DNA from: Candidatus Muproteobacteria bacterium RBG_16_65_34
GTDB taxonomy: Bacteria; Pseudomonadota; Gammaproteobacteria; Acidiferrobacterales; Sulfurifustaceae
Reading direction: 5' to 3'
Length of the DNA: 60,621 nt
Assembly (NCBI GenBank): GCA_001785115.1
Contig: MFSU01000076.1
Span: forward strand, 1-60,621
Under the pieces are notes generated by a model. It was not told where the DNA came from. It saw nothing but the letters and a program-made list of their open reading frames with translations, and made no database searches. Each line of letters begins with the position of its first letter. The stretch's first letter is position 1. Of the stretch, positions 9,241-19,012 are shown one piece after another. The position numbers and the translations under genes were made by a program.

Positions 9241-9268
9241 AGCTGATAGCTGAAGGCTGATCGCTACT
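9241..9268. repeat. Heptamer array AGCTGAT x4, the inverted counterpart of 7652-7676
   Basis: agctgat agctgaa ggctgat cgctact. A tandem of the reverse complement of AGCTATC contains AGCTGAT. Confidence 0.8.
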
Positions 9269-9277
9269 CGGCCAATG

Positions 9278-9584
9278 TTACCATGGCCGGGTGCGGCAGC
9301 CGCATGCGCGCTTCCCATGGTTGTGGCGTTCGTCATCGAGCATGAGCTCGACGAGCCGCGCCCGCGCCGCGCGCGCCAGCGGCTGATTCGGAGTTCCGTC
9401 CCGCCCAAAACTCGGGGGTGTTGACGCCGATGAGGCGTACGTGGCGGCCCTCCGTGAGCACGATGGTGTCGCCGTCGATGACCTGCGCGACCAGCGCGGG
9501 GACGGCAAAGGCCGCCGGGAGCCAGACCCAAAATAAAAGGGCGCCCGCGATGAGCGCCCTTTCTCTAGACACGAACCGCGCCAA
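9278..9584 (-). pseudogene. Thermonuclease (SNase-like) family remnant, frameshifted and short
   Basis: The N-terminal part QVIDGDTIVLTEGRHVRLIGVNTPE matches the SNase pattern. The reading continues in another frame (FGRDGTPNQPLARAARARLVELM) after the A4 run at 9407-9410. The total is only about 100 aa. Confidence 0.45.
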
Positions 9585-9586
9585 AC

Positions 9587-9793
9587 TTATATTTTGCGCG
9601 CGTATTTCTGCCGGAATTTCTCAACGCGTCCCTCGGTGTCCATGATCTTCTGCTTGCCGGTGTAGAACGGATGGCACGCGGCGCAGACTTCAACGTGCAG
9701 GTCTTCCCCCAGGGTGGAGCCGGTGGCGAAGGAGTTACCGCAGGCGCAGGTGACCTTGATCTCCTTGTACTCGGGATGGATGGCGGCTTTCAT
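9587..9793 (-). CDS. rpmE: 50S ribosomal protein L31 (Zn-binding type)
   Basis: [22 protein letters not shown]...[14 protein letters not shown]; start cat at 9791-9793. Confidence 0.95.
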   Translation of the reverse strand: MKAAIHPEYKEIKVTCACGNSFATGSTLGEDLHVEVCAACHPFYTGKQKIMDTEGRVEKFRQKYARKI

Positions 9794-9900
9794 GTCATTG
9801 ACCTCTAAGGGATTTTTCCCGCGATTTCCGACCGCGGGCATCGAAGGGCGCGTAGTCTAAGCAAAATCAAGGGCTTGGGCAAGCCCACACCGGCCGGGGC

Positions 9901-11172
9901 CTACCGTTTCATGGAGTCGAAGAATTCGCCGTTGTTCTTGGTGGCCTTAAGCTTCTCGAGCATGAACTCCGAGGCCTCGAGCTCGTCCATCTGGTGCAGG
10001 AGCCTGCGCAGGATCCAGATCTTCTGCATCTCCTCCGGCGGGAGCAGCAGCTCCTCGCGCCGGGTACCGGAGCGGTTGATGTTGATCGAGGGGTAGACGC
10101 GCTTCTCCGCCAGGCGCCGGTCCAAGTGGATCTCGAGGTTGCCGGTGCCCTTGAACTCCTCGTAGATCACGTCGTCCATCTTGGAGCCGGTGTCGATCAG
10201 GGCGGTTGCGATAATCGTGAGTGAGCCGCCCTCCTCGATGTTGCGCGCGGCGCCGAAAAACCTTTTGGGTCTTTGAAGGGCGTTGGCATCCACGCCACCG
10301 GTCAGCACCTTGCCGGACGCCGGCACGACCGTATTGTAGGCGCGCGCCAGACGCGTGATCGAGTCGAGCAGGATCACCACATTGAGCTTGTGCTCGACGA
10401 GGCGCTTGGCCTTCTCGATCACCATCTCGGCGACCTGCACATGGCGCGCGGCCGGCTCGTCGAAGGTCGAGGAGATCACCTCGCCCCGGACCGAGCGCTG
10501 CATCTCGGTCACCTCCTCCGGGCGCTCGTCGATGAGCAGCACGATGAGATAGCAGTCAGGGTGATTGCCCGTGATCGCGTGGGCGATGTTCTGGAGCATC
10601 ACCGTCTTGCCGGCCTTCGGCGGCGAGACGACGAGGCCACGCTGCCCCTTGCCGATGGGCGCGATCATGTCGATCACGCGCGCGGTCAGGTTCTCCGCCG
10701 AGGCGTTATCGCGCTCGAGCCGGAACCGCTCCTGCGGGTGCAGCGGCGTGAGGTTCTCGAACAGGACCTTGCTCTTGGCCTGCTCCGGGTTCTCGAAGTT
10801 GATCTCGTCGACCTTGAGCAGGGCGAAGTAGCGTTCGGATTCCTTCGGGGGGCGGATATTGCCTTTGACGGTGTCGCCGGTACGCAGGTTGAAGCGGCGG
10901 ATCTGGGAGGGAGAAACGTATATGTCATCGGGGCCGGCGAGGTAGGAGGCGTCGGCCGATCGCAGGAAGCCAAAGCCGTCTTGCAATATCTCGACCACGC
11001 CCTCGCCCACGATGTCCTCGCCCTTGCGCGCCTGGGCCTTCAGGATGGCGAAGATCAGGTCCTGTTTTCGCAGCCGGGCGCCGCCCTCGAGGTCCAGGGC
11101 CGCGGCCATCTCGGCAAGCTCGGTGGCCGGCTTCTTTTTGAGCTCGGAGAGGTTCATCAGGGTTGAATTCAT
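9901..11172 (-). CDS. rho: Transcription termination factor Rho
   Basis: 423 aa. N-terminal [10 protein letters not shown] (alternative start at 11157), Walker [18 protein letters not shown], and a full-length Rho-like sequence. Confidence 0.95.
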   Translation of the reverse strand: MNSTLMNLSELKKKPATELAEMAAALDLEGGARLRKQDLIFAILKAQARKGEDIVGEGVVEILQDGFGFLRSADASYLAGPDDIYVSPSQIRRFNLRTGDTVKGNIRPPKESERYFALLKVDEINFENPEQAKSKVLFENLTPLHPQERFRLERDNASAENLTARVIDMIAPIGKGQRGLVVSPPKAGKTVMLQNIAHAITGNHPDCYLIVLLIDERPEEVTEMQRSVRGEVISSTFDEPAARHVQVAEMVIEKAKRLVEHKLNVVILLDSITRLARAYNTVVPASGKVLTGGVDANALQRPKRFFGAARNIEEGGSLTIIATALIDTGSKMDDVIYEEFKGTGNLEIHLDRRLAEKRVYPSININRSGTRREELLLPPEEMQKIWILRRLLHQMDELEASEFMLEKLKATKNNGEFFDSMKR

Positions 11173-11347
11173 GGCTGGTCACCGCTTTGGGACGTACGGA
11201 GGGGCGGATACGCCCGCCGTGGAAGTCCGGGGATAGGAGTCGAACTAGGATTAGTTACTTACAGAAGCAGGAACGATCTGGAATTCTTGTGGCCTGCAAA
11301 TACACATTAGCATCAGTCGGAGGCTTCGTCCAGTCGTGGCGGACGCG

Positions 11348-11674
11348 CTAGAGGTTACCGTCGAGGAAAGCGGAGAGCTGGGATTTGGACACGGCGCCCA
11401 CCTTGGTCGCCTCGACGTTGCCGCTTTTGAACAGCATCAGGGTCGGGATGCCGCGGATGCCGAACTTCGGCGGGGTCTGGGGGTTCTCATCGATATTGAG
11501 CTTGCCGACCTTGATCCGGCCGGCGTACTCCTTGGCGATTTCCTCGAGCACCGGGGCGATCATCTTGCACGGGCCGCACCACTCCGCCCAGTAGTCCACG
11601 AGCACCGGGCTCTGACTTTTCAGCACTTCCTCTTCAAACGTCTCATCGGTGATGTTGACGATGTCCTTGCTCAT
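11348..11674 (-). CDS. trxA: Thioredoxin
   Basis: 108 aa with the WCGPC active site. Confidence 0.95.
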   Translation of the reverse strand: MSKDIVNITDETFEEEVLKSQSPVLVDYWAEWCGPCKMIAPVLEEIAKEYAGRIKVGKLNIDENPQTPPKFGIRGIPTLMLFKSGNVEATKVGAVSKSQLSAFLDGNL

Positions 11675-11855
11675 AGCGATTGGGTGGCCTCTGTCGACGT
11701 TAGAGAATTCGGCCGCGCGGGGCGGCCGCCGGGGAAACAGACTTCGATGCAGGTGTGCTTATCGACCATAGTTTGTCCGGAAAAACCCCCCCGATGCAAG
11801 CCCAGTGCCCTTGGGGACGAATTCTTGTTATTCTTCGCCCAGTTAGGTCTACGTA

Positions 11856-13295
11856 ATGAGCGAACATCACCTTACCGACAAGTCTTTTTCCAGCTTCGGT
11901 CTTCCGGACGTCCTGCTGAAGGGGGTGCAGGATGCCGGATTCGAATACTGTACTCCGATCCAGGCCGAAGCCCTGCCGCTGGCATTGGCCGGCCAGGACG
12001 TCGCCGGTCAGGCGCAGACCGGCACCGGCAAGACCGCGGCCTTCCTGCTCGCCGCCTTCAATCATCTCCTGAAGCATTCGGCGGAGGACATCCGCCCCAA
12101 CCAGCCGCGCGCCGTGATGCTGGCGCCCACGCGCGAGCTGGCGGTGCAGATCCACAAAGACGCAGTGCTCCTCGGCGCGCACACGGGTCTTCGCCTGGGG
12201 GTGGTCTTCGGCGGCACCGGGTACGACACCCAGCGCAAAATGCTGGAGGACGGCGTCGATGTGCTGATCGGCACGCCCGGGCGCCTGATCGACTATTTCA
12301 AGCAGCGGGTATTTGACCTCACGGCGGTGCAGGTGTTGGTGCTCGATGAGGCCGACCGCATGTTCGATCTCGGTTTCATCAAGGACATCCGGTTTGTCCT
12401 GCGGCGCATGCCCCCGCCCGCGGAGCGACTCAGCATGCTGTTCTCGGCCACGCTTTCCTATCGCGTGACCGAGCTCGCCTACGAGCACATGAATAACCCC
12501 CAGTTCGTGCGCATCGAGCCGGACAAGCGCACCGCCGACAAGGTGAGCCAGAGGCTCTACCACACCGCGGTCGAGGAGAAGATCCCGCTGCTCGTGGGGC
12601 TGCTGCGGCACATGGACCCCACGCGGAGCCTGGTGTTCATCAACACCAAGGACATGGCCGAGCGGGTGGCGGCCTGGTTGAAGACGAACGGCCTCAACGC
12701 CGCGGTGCTCTCGGGCGATGTGCCCCAGACCGTGCGGTTGCGGCTCCTGGCCGATTTCACCGAGGGGCGGTTGCCGATACTGGTGGCGACCGACGTCGCC
12801 GCGCGCGGTCTGCATATCCCGGATGTCTCGCACGTGTTCAACTTCGATCTGCCCCAGAACGCCGAGGACTACGTGCACCGCATCGGGCGCACCGCGCGCG
12901 CCGGGGCGAGCGGCGATGCCGTGAGTTTCGCCTGCGAGCGCCACGTCTTTTCCCTGCCCGAGATTGAGACCTATCTCGGCCACAAGATCCCAGTCGTCCA
13001 GGTGACGCCGGAACTGCTCCCGCCGCTCAAGCCGCCGCCCAGATCCGAGCGCACCGAGCACCGCGGCGAACGCGGCCGGCACCGCCGCGGCGAACGGAGA
13101 CCGGAAGGCGGGCGGCGCAGCGAGCGCAAGTGGGAAGGCGCGCGCCCCCACGCTGAAAAACCCGCCACCCCGCCCCCGCCCGCGGCGGCGACACCGAGAC
13201 CCCAGCCGCCGGCGCCCAAGCCGCAGACACTTGCACCCAAGCCCGACGTCAAGCCGCTCGCGCGGCGCGGCGACGATAAGCCGACGATCGGCTGA
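11856..13295 (+). CDS. rhlB: ATP-dependent DEAD-box RNA helicase RhlB-like with an Arg/Pro-rich C-terminal tail
   Basis: [12 protein letters not shown] (VLDEADRM), SAT and [10 protein letters not shown] motifs. Divergent from trxA-rho, as in enterobacterial synteny. Confidence 0.85.
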   Translation: MSEHHLTDKSFSSFGLPDVLLKGVQDAGFEYCTPIQAEALPLALAGQDVAGQAQTGTGKTAAFLLAAFNHLLKHSAEDIRPNQPRAVMLAPTRELAVQIHKDAVLLGAHTGLRLGVVFGGTGYDTQRKMLEDGVDVLIGTPGRLIDYFKQRVFDLTAVQVLVLDEADRMFDLGFIKDIRFVLRRMPPPAERLSMLFSATLSYRVTELAYEHMNNPQFVRIEPDKRTADKVSQRLYHTAVEEKIPLLVGLLRHMDPTRSLVFINTKDMAERVAAWLKTNGLNAAVLSGDVPQTVRLRLLADFTEGRLPILVATDVAARGLHIPDVSHVFNFDLPQNAEDYVHRIGRTARAGASGDAVSFACERHVFSLPEIETYLGHKIPVVQVTPELLPPLKPPPRSERTEHRGERGRHRRGERRPEGGRRSERKWEGARPHAEKPATPPPPAAATPRPQPPAPKPQTLAPKPDVKPLARRGDDKPTIG

Positions 13296-13403
13296 GGGCG
13301 GGCGCCGCAAGTCTTTGTCCCGCCGGACCCCGGGTAGTCTCTGTCGGGCGGTTGCCGCGCAAAGGGACGCTACGTCGTCCTCGTTCCACGGAGGAACCCT
13401 TCC

Positions 13404-13961
13404 ATGGCCCGCATGATTTTCCCGAACGCAAGCGAGACCGCCGATTTCAATCTCATCCAGGCGCGGCTCGCCAAGCTCGGCATCACGCTGCGCCGCTGGC
13501 CGGCGCCGCAAGACCCGCGCGCCGGCACGCTCCTCGGGCAGAAGGCCTTGAGCGATCCGGAAAAGGAGGAACTCCTCAAAAGCGTGGACCACCGCTTCGA
13601 GAAATTGCAGCGCGAAAAGGGCTATACCACGCGCGATCTGGTCGTGATCCACGAAGACCTCCCGGGGCTCGCCGACCTGCTCGGCAAGTTCGCCAAGATC
13701 CACCTGCACACCGACGACGAAGTGCGCTACATCCTCGCCGGGCGCGGCTACTTCGGCTTCGTCGAGCCCGACGACGGCCAGTTCCTGGTGGAAGTAGCGG
13801 CCGGCGACTACATCAACGTGCCCGCCAACACCGAGCACTGGTTCGAGATGAGAGACTCCGGGCGCATCAAGGCGGTGCGCTATTTCATCGACACCTCAGG
13901 CTGGACGCCGGTGTACACGGGCCGCGTCCGCGAATTCGCCGAAACCGCCGCGACGGCGTAA
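13404..13961 (+). CDS. mtnD: Acireductone dioxygenase (methionine salvage)
   Basis: 185 aa cupin. HLHTDDEVRYILAGRGYFGF and NVPANTEHWF motifs. Confidence 0.8.
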   Translation: MARMIFPNASETADFNLIQARLAKLGITLRRWPAPQDPRAGTLLGQKALSDPEKEELLKSVDHRFEKLQREKGYTTRDLVVIHEDLPGLADLLGKFAKIHLHTDDEVRYILAGRGYFGFVEPDDGQFLVEVAAGDYINVPANTEHWFEMRDSGRIKAVRYFIDTSGWTPVYTGRVREFAETAATA

Positions 13962-14159
13962 GCGACCGGTGGCGATCCGGTTCATTTTGCGGCAGGTATC
14001 GGCAGGCCACCGCTTGCGGTCATCCTGCCGCAGCGAGGTTTTCCTGCGCTACACTAGTAGCTTGTTGAAAAAGTCCTTCTATGGCCTTTTTCATCTCGAA
14101 CGGATCCACGTTCGCATTCGTGCTTACTGATACGGTTCCATCGTCAAGGGCGGTTACCC

Positions 14160-14453
14160 ATGAAGCGTGATGAGGTCATGAAAGTCCTTTCCGGGCACCG
14201 CGACGCATTGCACGAGCGGTTCGGCGTGAAATCGCTCGCGCTATTTGGTTCGGTGGCGCGCGATGAGGCAAGCGACACAAGCGATGTGGATCTGCTCGTG
14301 GAATTCGACCGCCCGACCGGTCTTTTCGGCCTTATTCAGTTGCAGCAGCATCTGGAGGCGTTGCTGAGTTGCAAGGTGGATGTCGGCACGGCGGCGGGAC
14401 TCAGGCCGCGCATACGCGAACGGGTGCTCCAAGAGGCGCTGCGTGTCGCCTAG
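14160..14453 (+). CDS. mntA: MNT-type nucleotidyltransferase antitoxin
   Basis: 97 aa with LFGSVARDEASDTSDVDLLVEF (GSxxRxxxxxxSDxD). Confidence 0.85.
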   Translation: MKRDEVMKVLSGHRDALHERFGVKSLALFGSVARDEASDTSDVDLLVEFDRPTGLFGLIQLQQHLEALLSCKVDVGTAAGLRPRIRERVLQEALRVA

Positions 14454-14787
14454 AAAGTGGCCGCGTCGCATCGAGGATATTCTCGATGCCGTGGAGGAGC
14501 TCCAATCGTTTGTGCGGGGACTCACTTACGGTGAGTTTTGCACCGATGCGAAAACCATCAAGGCAGTCGCTGCTGACCTGGCAATCATCGGCGAAGCCGC
14601 TGGGCACATTCCGGAGGACATCGTGTCTGCACACCCCGATATCCCTTGGCCGCTCATGAAAGCCATGCGCAACCGCATCGTGCACGTGTACTTTGATGTC
14701 GATCCCAGGATTATCTGGGACACCATTCAGCAAGATCTGCCTCCGCTGATCGAGCCGCTCAGGAAACTGCTGGAGGAAAACCGCTGA
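14443..14787 (+). CDS. hepT: HEPN-domain (DUF86) toxin
   Basis: GTG at 14443 overlaps the mntA stop by 11 nt. Rx4H motif RNRIVH. The ORF-track start at 14380 would overlap mntA by 74 nt. Confidence 0.8.
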   Translation: MSPRKWPRRIEDILDAVEELQSFVRGLTYGEFCTDAKTIKAVAADLAIIGEAAGHIPEDIVSAHPDIPWPLMKAMRNRIVHVYFDVDPRIIWDTIQQDLPPLIEPLRKLLEENR

Positions 14788-14843
14788 CTCCGGCTGCCGG
14801 TGCGGCGTATCTTGCGCGCGCGGGCGAGGAGCCCCAGAGGGAG

Positions 14844-16529
14844 GTGCAGCGGCGTACCGTGGAACGAGGTCTGCCCTCCGGGGCGGAGAAATTCATCCGG
14901 CCACGACCAAGGGGGAACCACTTACTTGACGTAAGCCACCGCTACAACGAACTAAGAAGGCTCACCGCCTACGACGACGGCGCCACCGCCGCCAGCTACG
15001 CCTACGATAACCTCCAGCGCAAGACCGAGGAGCGCCTAAACTACGGCCCCTTTGCCTTGAGCTACGCCTACAGCTACTACGCAAACGGCCAAAAGAAAAC
15101 CGTCACCGGCCCCGATGCCGTAAGCTACGCTTACACCTACGACCCGAACAACCAGCTCGCGAGCATCCAGCTCCCCGCGGGCAGCATCACCGTCAACGCC
15201 TACACCTGGACCGCCCCGGAGCGAATCACCCTCCCGGGCGGCACCACCCGCAGCCGCCAATACGACCCCCTGATGCGCTTAACCGCCCTCACCGCCAAGG
15301 ACGCCTTCCAGAATAGCCTCTTGAGCTACCAGTACGCCTATGACCGGGCCGGCAACATCACCCGAAAGGCCACCGAACACGGGACCTATGACTACGGCTA
15401 CGACCGCCTCTACCGCCTCAAGACCGCCGCCAACCCAGGCCCGCTGTCCCAGGAGGCCTACGGCTACGATGCCCTCGGCAACCGCACCACCGACAGCAAT
15501 CTCCCCGGCCCCTGGAGCTACGATGAAAACAACGCGCTCCGCGTCGCGGGCGCCGTTGCCTACGACTACGATGCAAACGGCAACGCCATAAAGAAAACCG
15601 CAGGCGCCCAAACGATGAGCCTCGGCTACGACACCAGCGACCGTCTGACCGAGGTGAAGGACGCCCAGGGCAACACCATCGGCCGCTACGCCTACGACCC
15701 CTTTGGGAGAAGGCTCTGGAAGGAAACCAACAACACCAGGACCTGGTTCTTCTACGCAGACGAAGGCCTGATCGGCGAATACGACTCAAGCGGTGCTGAG
15801 ACCAGGGCCTACGGCTACCAACCAGACTCAACCTGGGGCACCGATCCGCTCTTGCTCAAGCAAGGGAAGAACTACTACTTCTACCAGAACGATCATCTGG
15901 GGACGCCGCAGAAGCTCACCGACACTCAGGGTAATGTCGTTTGGAGTGCGAGGGCGCAGGCTTTTGGAGAGACTACGGTTGATGCCGGCTCCACGGTTAC
16001 GAACAACTTACGGTTTGCGGGCCAGTATTACGATGGGGAGAGTGGGTTGTACTATAACGGCGCGAGGTACTACGACCCGAAGCTCGGCAGATACACCAGT
16101 CACGACGGACTCAGTGTTGCGCGACACGTTCGACGCTGGCAAGCAACCCTCGGTATGCCAGGTCAACTACCGCTGGAGATCAACCCCTACGCGTATGTTG
16201 CGAACAACCCATTAAGGTGGATTGATCCGACTGGTACTAACATTTTTGGTTACTGCGGTTCGGGGCCGAGTCGATACGTCCTAGTTGATGGAAGGTTTGC
16301 TGCCGCCTGTGAAAATCATGATCGTTGCTATCTCCAGTGTCGTGCCAACAAGAGCAAGTGCGATCAGACCTTCTGGAATGAGATGAATGCGGTCTGCGAT
16401 CAGATGCCAACAGGCCGAGATAAAGAGTTATGTTATTTGCGCGCTGAAAATTTTTTTACCGCTGTAGTTTGGTTCGGAGATGGGGAATTTCAGGAAGCCC
16501 AAGCAGCGGCAGATTGCTGCAAAAGATGA
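14844..16529 (+). CDS. 5'-truncated RHS/YD-repeat protein carrying a C-terminal phospholipase-A2-like toxin domain (16239-16526)
   Basis: Many YD repeats (YAYDxxGN, YDYGYDRLYRL). RHS core end: RFAGQYYDGESGLYYNGARYYDPKLGRYTS...NNPLRWIDPTGT. The tail has CENHDRCY...CDQTFWNEMNAVC...AENFFTAVVWFG. No N-terminal or secretion domain; only ~465 aa of shell. Confidence 0.75.
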   Translation: MQRRTVERGLPSGAEKFIRPRPRGNHLLDVSHRYNELRRLTAYDDGATAASYAYDNLQRKTEERLNYGPFALSYAYSYYANGQKKTVTGPDAVSYAYTYDPNNQLASIQLPAGSITVNAYTWTAPERITLPGGTTRSRQYDPLMRLTALTAKDAFQNSLLSYQYAYDRAGNITRKATEHGTYDYGYDRLYRLKTAANPGPLSQEAYGYDALGNRTTDSNLPGPWSYDENNALRVAGAVAYDYDANGNAIKKTAGAQTMSLGYDTSDRLTEVKDAQGNTIGRYAYDPFGRRLWKETNNTRTWFFYADEGLIGEYDSSGAETRAYGYQPDSTWGTDPLLLKQGKNYYFYQNDHLGTPQKLTDTQGNVVWSARAQAFGETTVDAGSTVTNNLRFAGQYYDGESGLYYNGARYYDPKLGRYTSHDGLSVARHVRRWQATLGMPGQLPLEINPYAYVANNPLRWIDPTGTNIFGYCGSGPSRYVLVDGRFAAACENHDRCYLQCRANKSKCDQTFWNEMNAVCDQMPTGRDKELCYLRAENFFTAVVWFGDGEFQEAQAAADCCKR

Positions 16530-16562
16530 GGCTGTTCCAGGCGCCGCACTTGATAGAATGGT

Positions 16563-16949
16563 TTGCCGAGGTTACAAATGGAAATTTCAGAGGAGATTAT
16601 TTTTGCGCTGCTGATGTCATACGCAGTTGTGATAGCTGTTGTCTGCCACTTTCTAACTAAAAACTACTTATTCGCAAGCACCGCGGCATCAGTTTTTGTA
16701 CCATTGAGTGTTCAGATAGGCGATTACGTTATTCGTGGCTATATGGACCCGTTCGCTATTTTTGCCTTTCCAGCCGCAGTCTTGTACTGCTTTTTCCTTG
16801 CTCTAGTTGTTGGGATACCTTTTGCAATTATTAGAAAATGGAGAGGCGAGAGAATACTTTTCCCGATATATCGCACGAAACAGGGGGAAGATTTGTTGCC
16901 GAAAACTGCCAGGCGAAAGAAATCCAAAAGAAAAGACGGAAAAAGGTGA
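16563..16949 (+). CDS. Small membrane protein, putative cognate immunity protein
   Basis: 128 aa, AT-rich. About 3 hydrophobic helices and a Lys-rich tail. Lies directly downstream of the RHS toxin tip. Start uncertain (16563 or 16578). Confidence 0.5.
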   Translation: MPRLQMEISEEIIFALLMSYAVVIAVVCHFLTKNYLFASTAASVFVPLSVQIGDYVIRGYMDPFAIFAFPAAVLYCFFLALVVGIPFAIIRKWRGERILFPIYRTKQGEDLLPKTARRKKSKRKDGKR

Positions 16950-17066
16950 TCGCGGTAGGAACGCTCATCGCTGAACGCCCCCCGCACAGATCCGAACGGG
17001 CCCGATTCGGGCATTCGGCTCCCACCTTGTAACGAATAGGGGACGGAGGGATTAAAGATTAGACAG

Positions 17067-17206
17067 GGAAAAAGGTGACAGATTTATTTTCTAGAAAGCA
17101 AACAGGAAAGCAAGCAAAGATATTCTCCCAATGCCACGGGAAAAATGCGCGACCATGAATCATGAATGAGCAGTGGAGGACGTAGGACAGTTAACGGCGA
17201 ACGAAC
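17067..17206. repeat. 140-bp direct repeat, copy 1 (138/140 identical to 18808-18947)
   Basis: Direct alignment; the mismatches are at gcgcgAcc/gcgcgGcc and gacgTagg/gacgCagg. Confidence 0.9.
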
Positions 17207-17272
17207 AGCGAATAGGGGACGGAGGGATTAAAGATTAGGCAGTGATTCCAAAAGCGAGAAAAGGGGTCGGAG

Positions 17273-18789
17273 TCGAATGGCACTTACTTAAGCCCCAACC
17301 CCCTGATGTGATGTAAGAAGGGCTGGCCCAAGAAGTGATAAGGTGGAGTCGCCAAACAACCATCCATCACCGTAAGGAGCCAGCCCCTCCATGCATCCTA
17401 ATCCCCGCGTGCGCGCGCAGCAACAGAGCCGAGTTCGTCGCCGTGCCGAGCAGAGCGATGCCTATGCCTTCTTCAACCTCCTGACGAGTCCCGAGCTGCT
17501 CGATCGGGTGGAATCGCTATTGCCCTCGCACCGGGAGCGGCTCTTTCCCCCGACCGAGACGCTCTCGATGTTCCTCTCCCAGGCCTTGAGCGCCGATCGC
17601 TCCTGCCAGCGGGCGGTGAACGAGGCGGCGGTCAAGCGCCTCGCCGCGGGCCTGCCGCGGGTGAGCACGCACACCGGCGCCTACTGCCGCGCCCGGGCGA
17701 GACTGCCGGAGGCGATGTTATCGGGCCTTATGCAGCACACCGGGCGGAGGATAAGCGCCCAAGCGCCGAGCGCGTGGCGCTGGCGCGGCCACCCGGTGCG
17801 GCTCGTGGATGGTGCCACGGTGGCGATGCCCGACACCCCGGAGAACCAGGCGCTCTATCCGCAGCCGCGCAGCCAGGCGCCGGGGCTCGGGTTTCCGCTG
17901 TGCCGGCTGGTGGGGTTGATCTGTCTTGGCAGCGGCGCCGTGCTCGACGCCGCCCTCGGCGGCTGTCTCGGGCCAGGCAGCGATGAACAGACGCTCCTGC
18001 GAACCCTGCTCGATGCGCTTGAGTCCGGCGACCTGCTGCTCGGGGATGCCTATTACGCGAGCTATTTCCTGCTCTGCGATCTGCAGGCGCGCGGCGTGGA
18101 GGCGGTGTTCGAGCAACAGGGGGCCCGCAAACGCAGCACCGACTTTCGCCGCGGTCAAAGGCTCGGGGCACGCGATCACCTGATCGAGCTGCGCAAGCCC
18201 AAACTCAGGCCCGACTGGATGACCCCCGCCCAGTATGCCCGTGCACCCGAGACCCTGACGGTGCGGGAGCTCGCAACCGGTGGCAAGATTCTCGTGACCA
18301 CACTCCTGTGCCCGAGGCAGACCCCCAAGGCCGCGCTGAAGGCGCTGTATCGCAGCCGCTGGCACGTGGAACTTGATCTGCGCCACATCAAGACGACCCT
18401 CGGCATGGAGATGTTGAGTTGCAAGACACCCGGGATGGCGCAAAAGGAGATCTGGGCTTATCTGCTGGCCTACAACCTCATCCGGTTGATGATGGCCCAG
18501 TCCGCGACACTCGCCGAATGCAGCCCACGCGCCTTGAGCTTCAAACACACGCTCCAGCTCTGGATCGCCTGGGACCATCACGGGCCCGGCAGCGACGACG
18601 ATGAAAAGCTCTATGGCCTATTCGTGCTGATCGCCGAACAGCGCGTGGGCAACCGCCCCGGACGCATTGAGCCCCGGGCCATCAAGCGACGACCGAAACC
18701 TTATCCGCTGCTCACCAAACCACGGGCGCTCGCGAGGGAGGAAATCCGCAGGCATGGGCATCCGCGGAAGGTTAAGTAAGTGCCATTCG
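17273..18789 (+). mobile_element. IS4-family insertion sequence (~1.5 kb)
   Basis: 18-bp terminal inverted repeats CGAATGGCACTTACTTAA (17273-17290; reverse complement at 18772-18789). Flanks are GGTCGGAGT and GGTCGGGAGT, a possible imperfect target duplication. Confidence 0.8.
17391..18779 (+). CDS. IS4-family DDE transposase
   Basis: 462 aa. YRSRWHVELDLRHIK matches the Y-(2)-R-(3)-E-(6)-K signature. Confidence 0.85.
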   Translation: MHPNPRVRAQQQSRVRRRAEQSDAYAFFNLLTSPELLDRVESLLPSHRERLFPPTETLSMFLSQALSADRSCQRAVNEAAVKRLAAGLPRVSTHTGAYCRARARLPEAMLSGLMQHTGRRISAQAPSAWRWRGHPVRLVDGATVAMPDTPENQALYPQPRSQAPGLGFPLCRLVGLICLGSGAVLDAALGGCLGPGSDEQTLLRTLLDALESGDLLLGDAYYASYFLLCDLQARGVEAVFEQQGARKRSTDFRRGQRLGARDHLIELRKPKLRPDWMTPAQYARAPETLTVRELATGGKILVTTLLCPRQTPKAALKALYRSRWHVELDLRHIKTTLGMEMLSCKTPGMAQKEIWAYLLAYNLIRLMMAQSATLAECSPRALSFKHTLQLWIAWDHHGPGSDDDEKLYGLFVLIAEQRVGNRPGRIEPRAIKRRPKPYPLLTKPRALAREEIRRHGHPRKVK

Positions 18790-18807
18790 GGTCGGGAGTC
18801 GCTTTAT

Positions 18808-18947
18808 GAAAAAGGTGACAGATTTATTTTCTAGAAAGCAAACAGGAAAGCAAGCAAAGATATTCTCCCAATGCCACGGGAAAAATGCGCGGCCATGAAT
18901 CATGAATGAGCAGTGGAGGACGCAGGACAGTTAACGGCGAACGAACA
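18808..18947. repeat. 140-bp direct repeat, copy 2
   Basis: See 17067-17206. Confidence 0.9.
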
Positions 18948-19012
18948 AGAACCGAAGAATGAACAACAAGCAGCACCACCAGAAGCGGAGGGTTATCAGT
19001 ATCCCGGGCGTG

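Noticed and set aside
11700-13838. 712-aa minus-strand ORF
   Set aside because: It is antisense to the well-supported rhlB gene. Its composition is Arg/Gly/Ala-rich and low in complexity, which is typical of spurious ORFs in high-GC DNA.
14050-14125. 24-codon minus-strand mini-ORF (MKKAIEGLFQQATSVAQENLAAAG)
   Set aside because: It is too short to support without conservation data, and I saw no convincing RBS.
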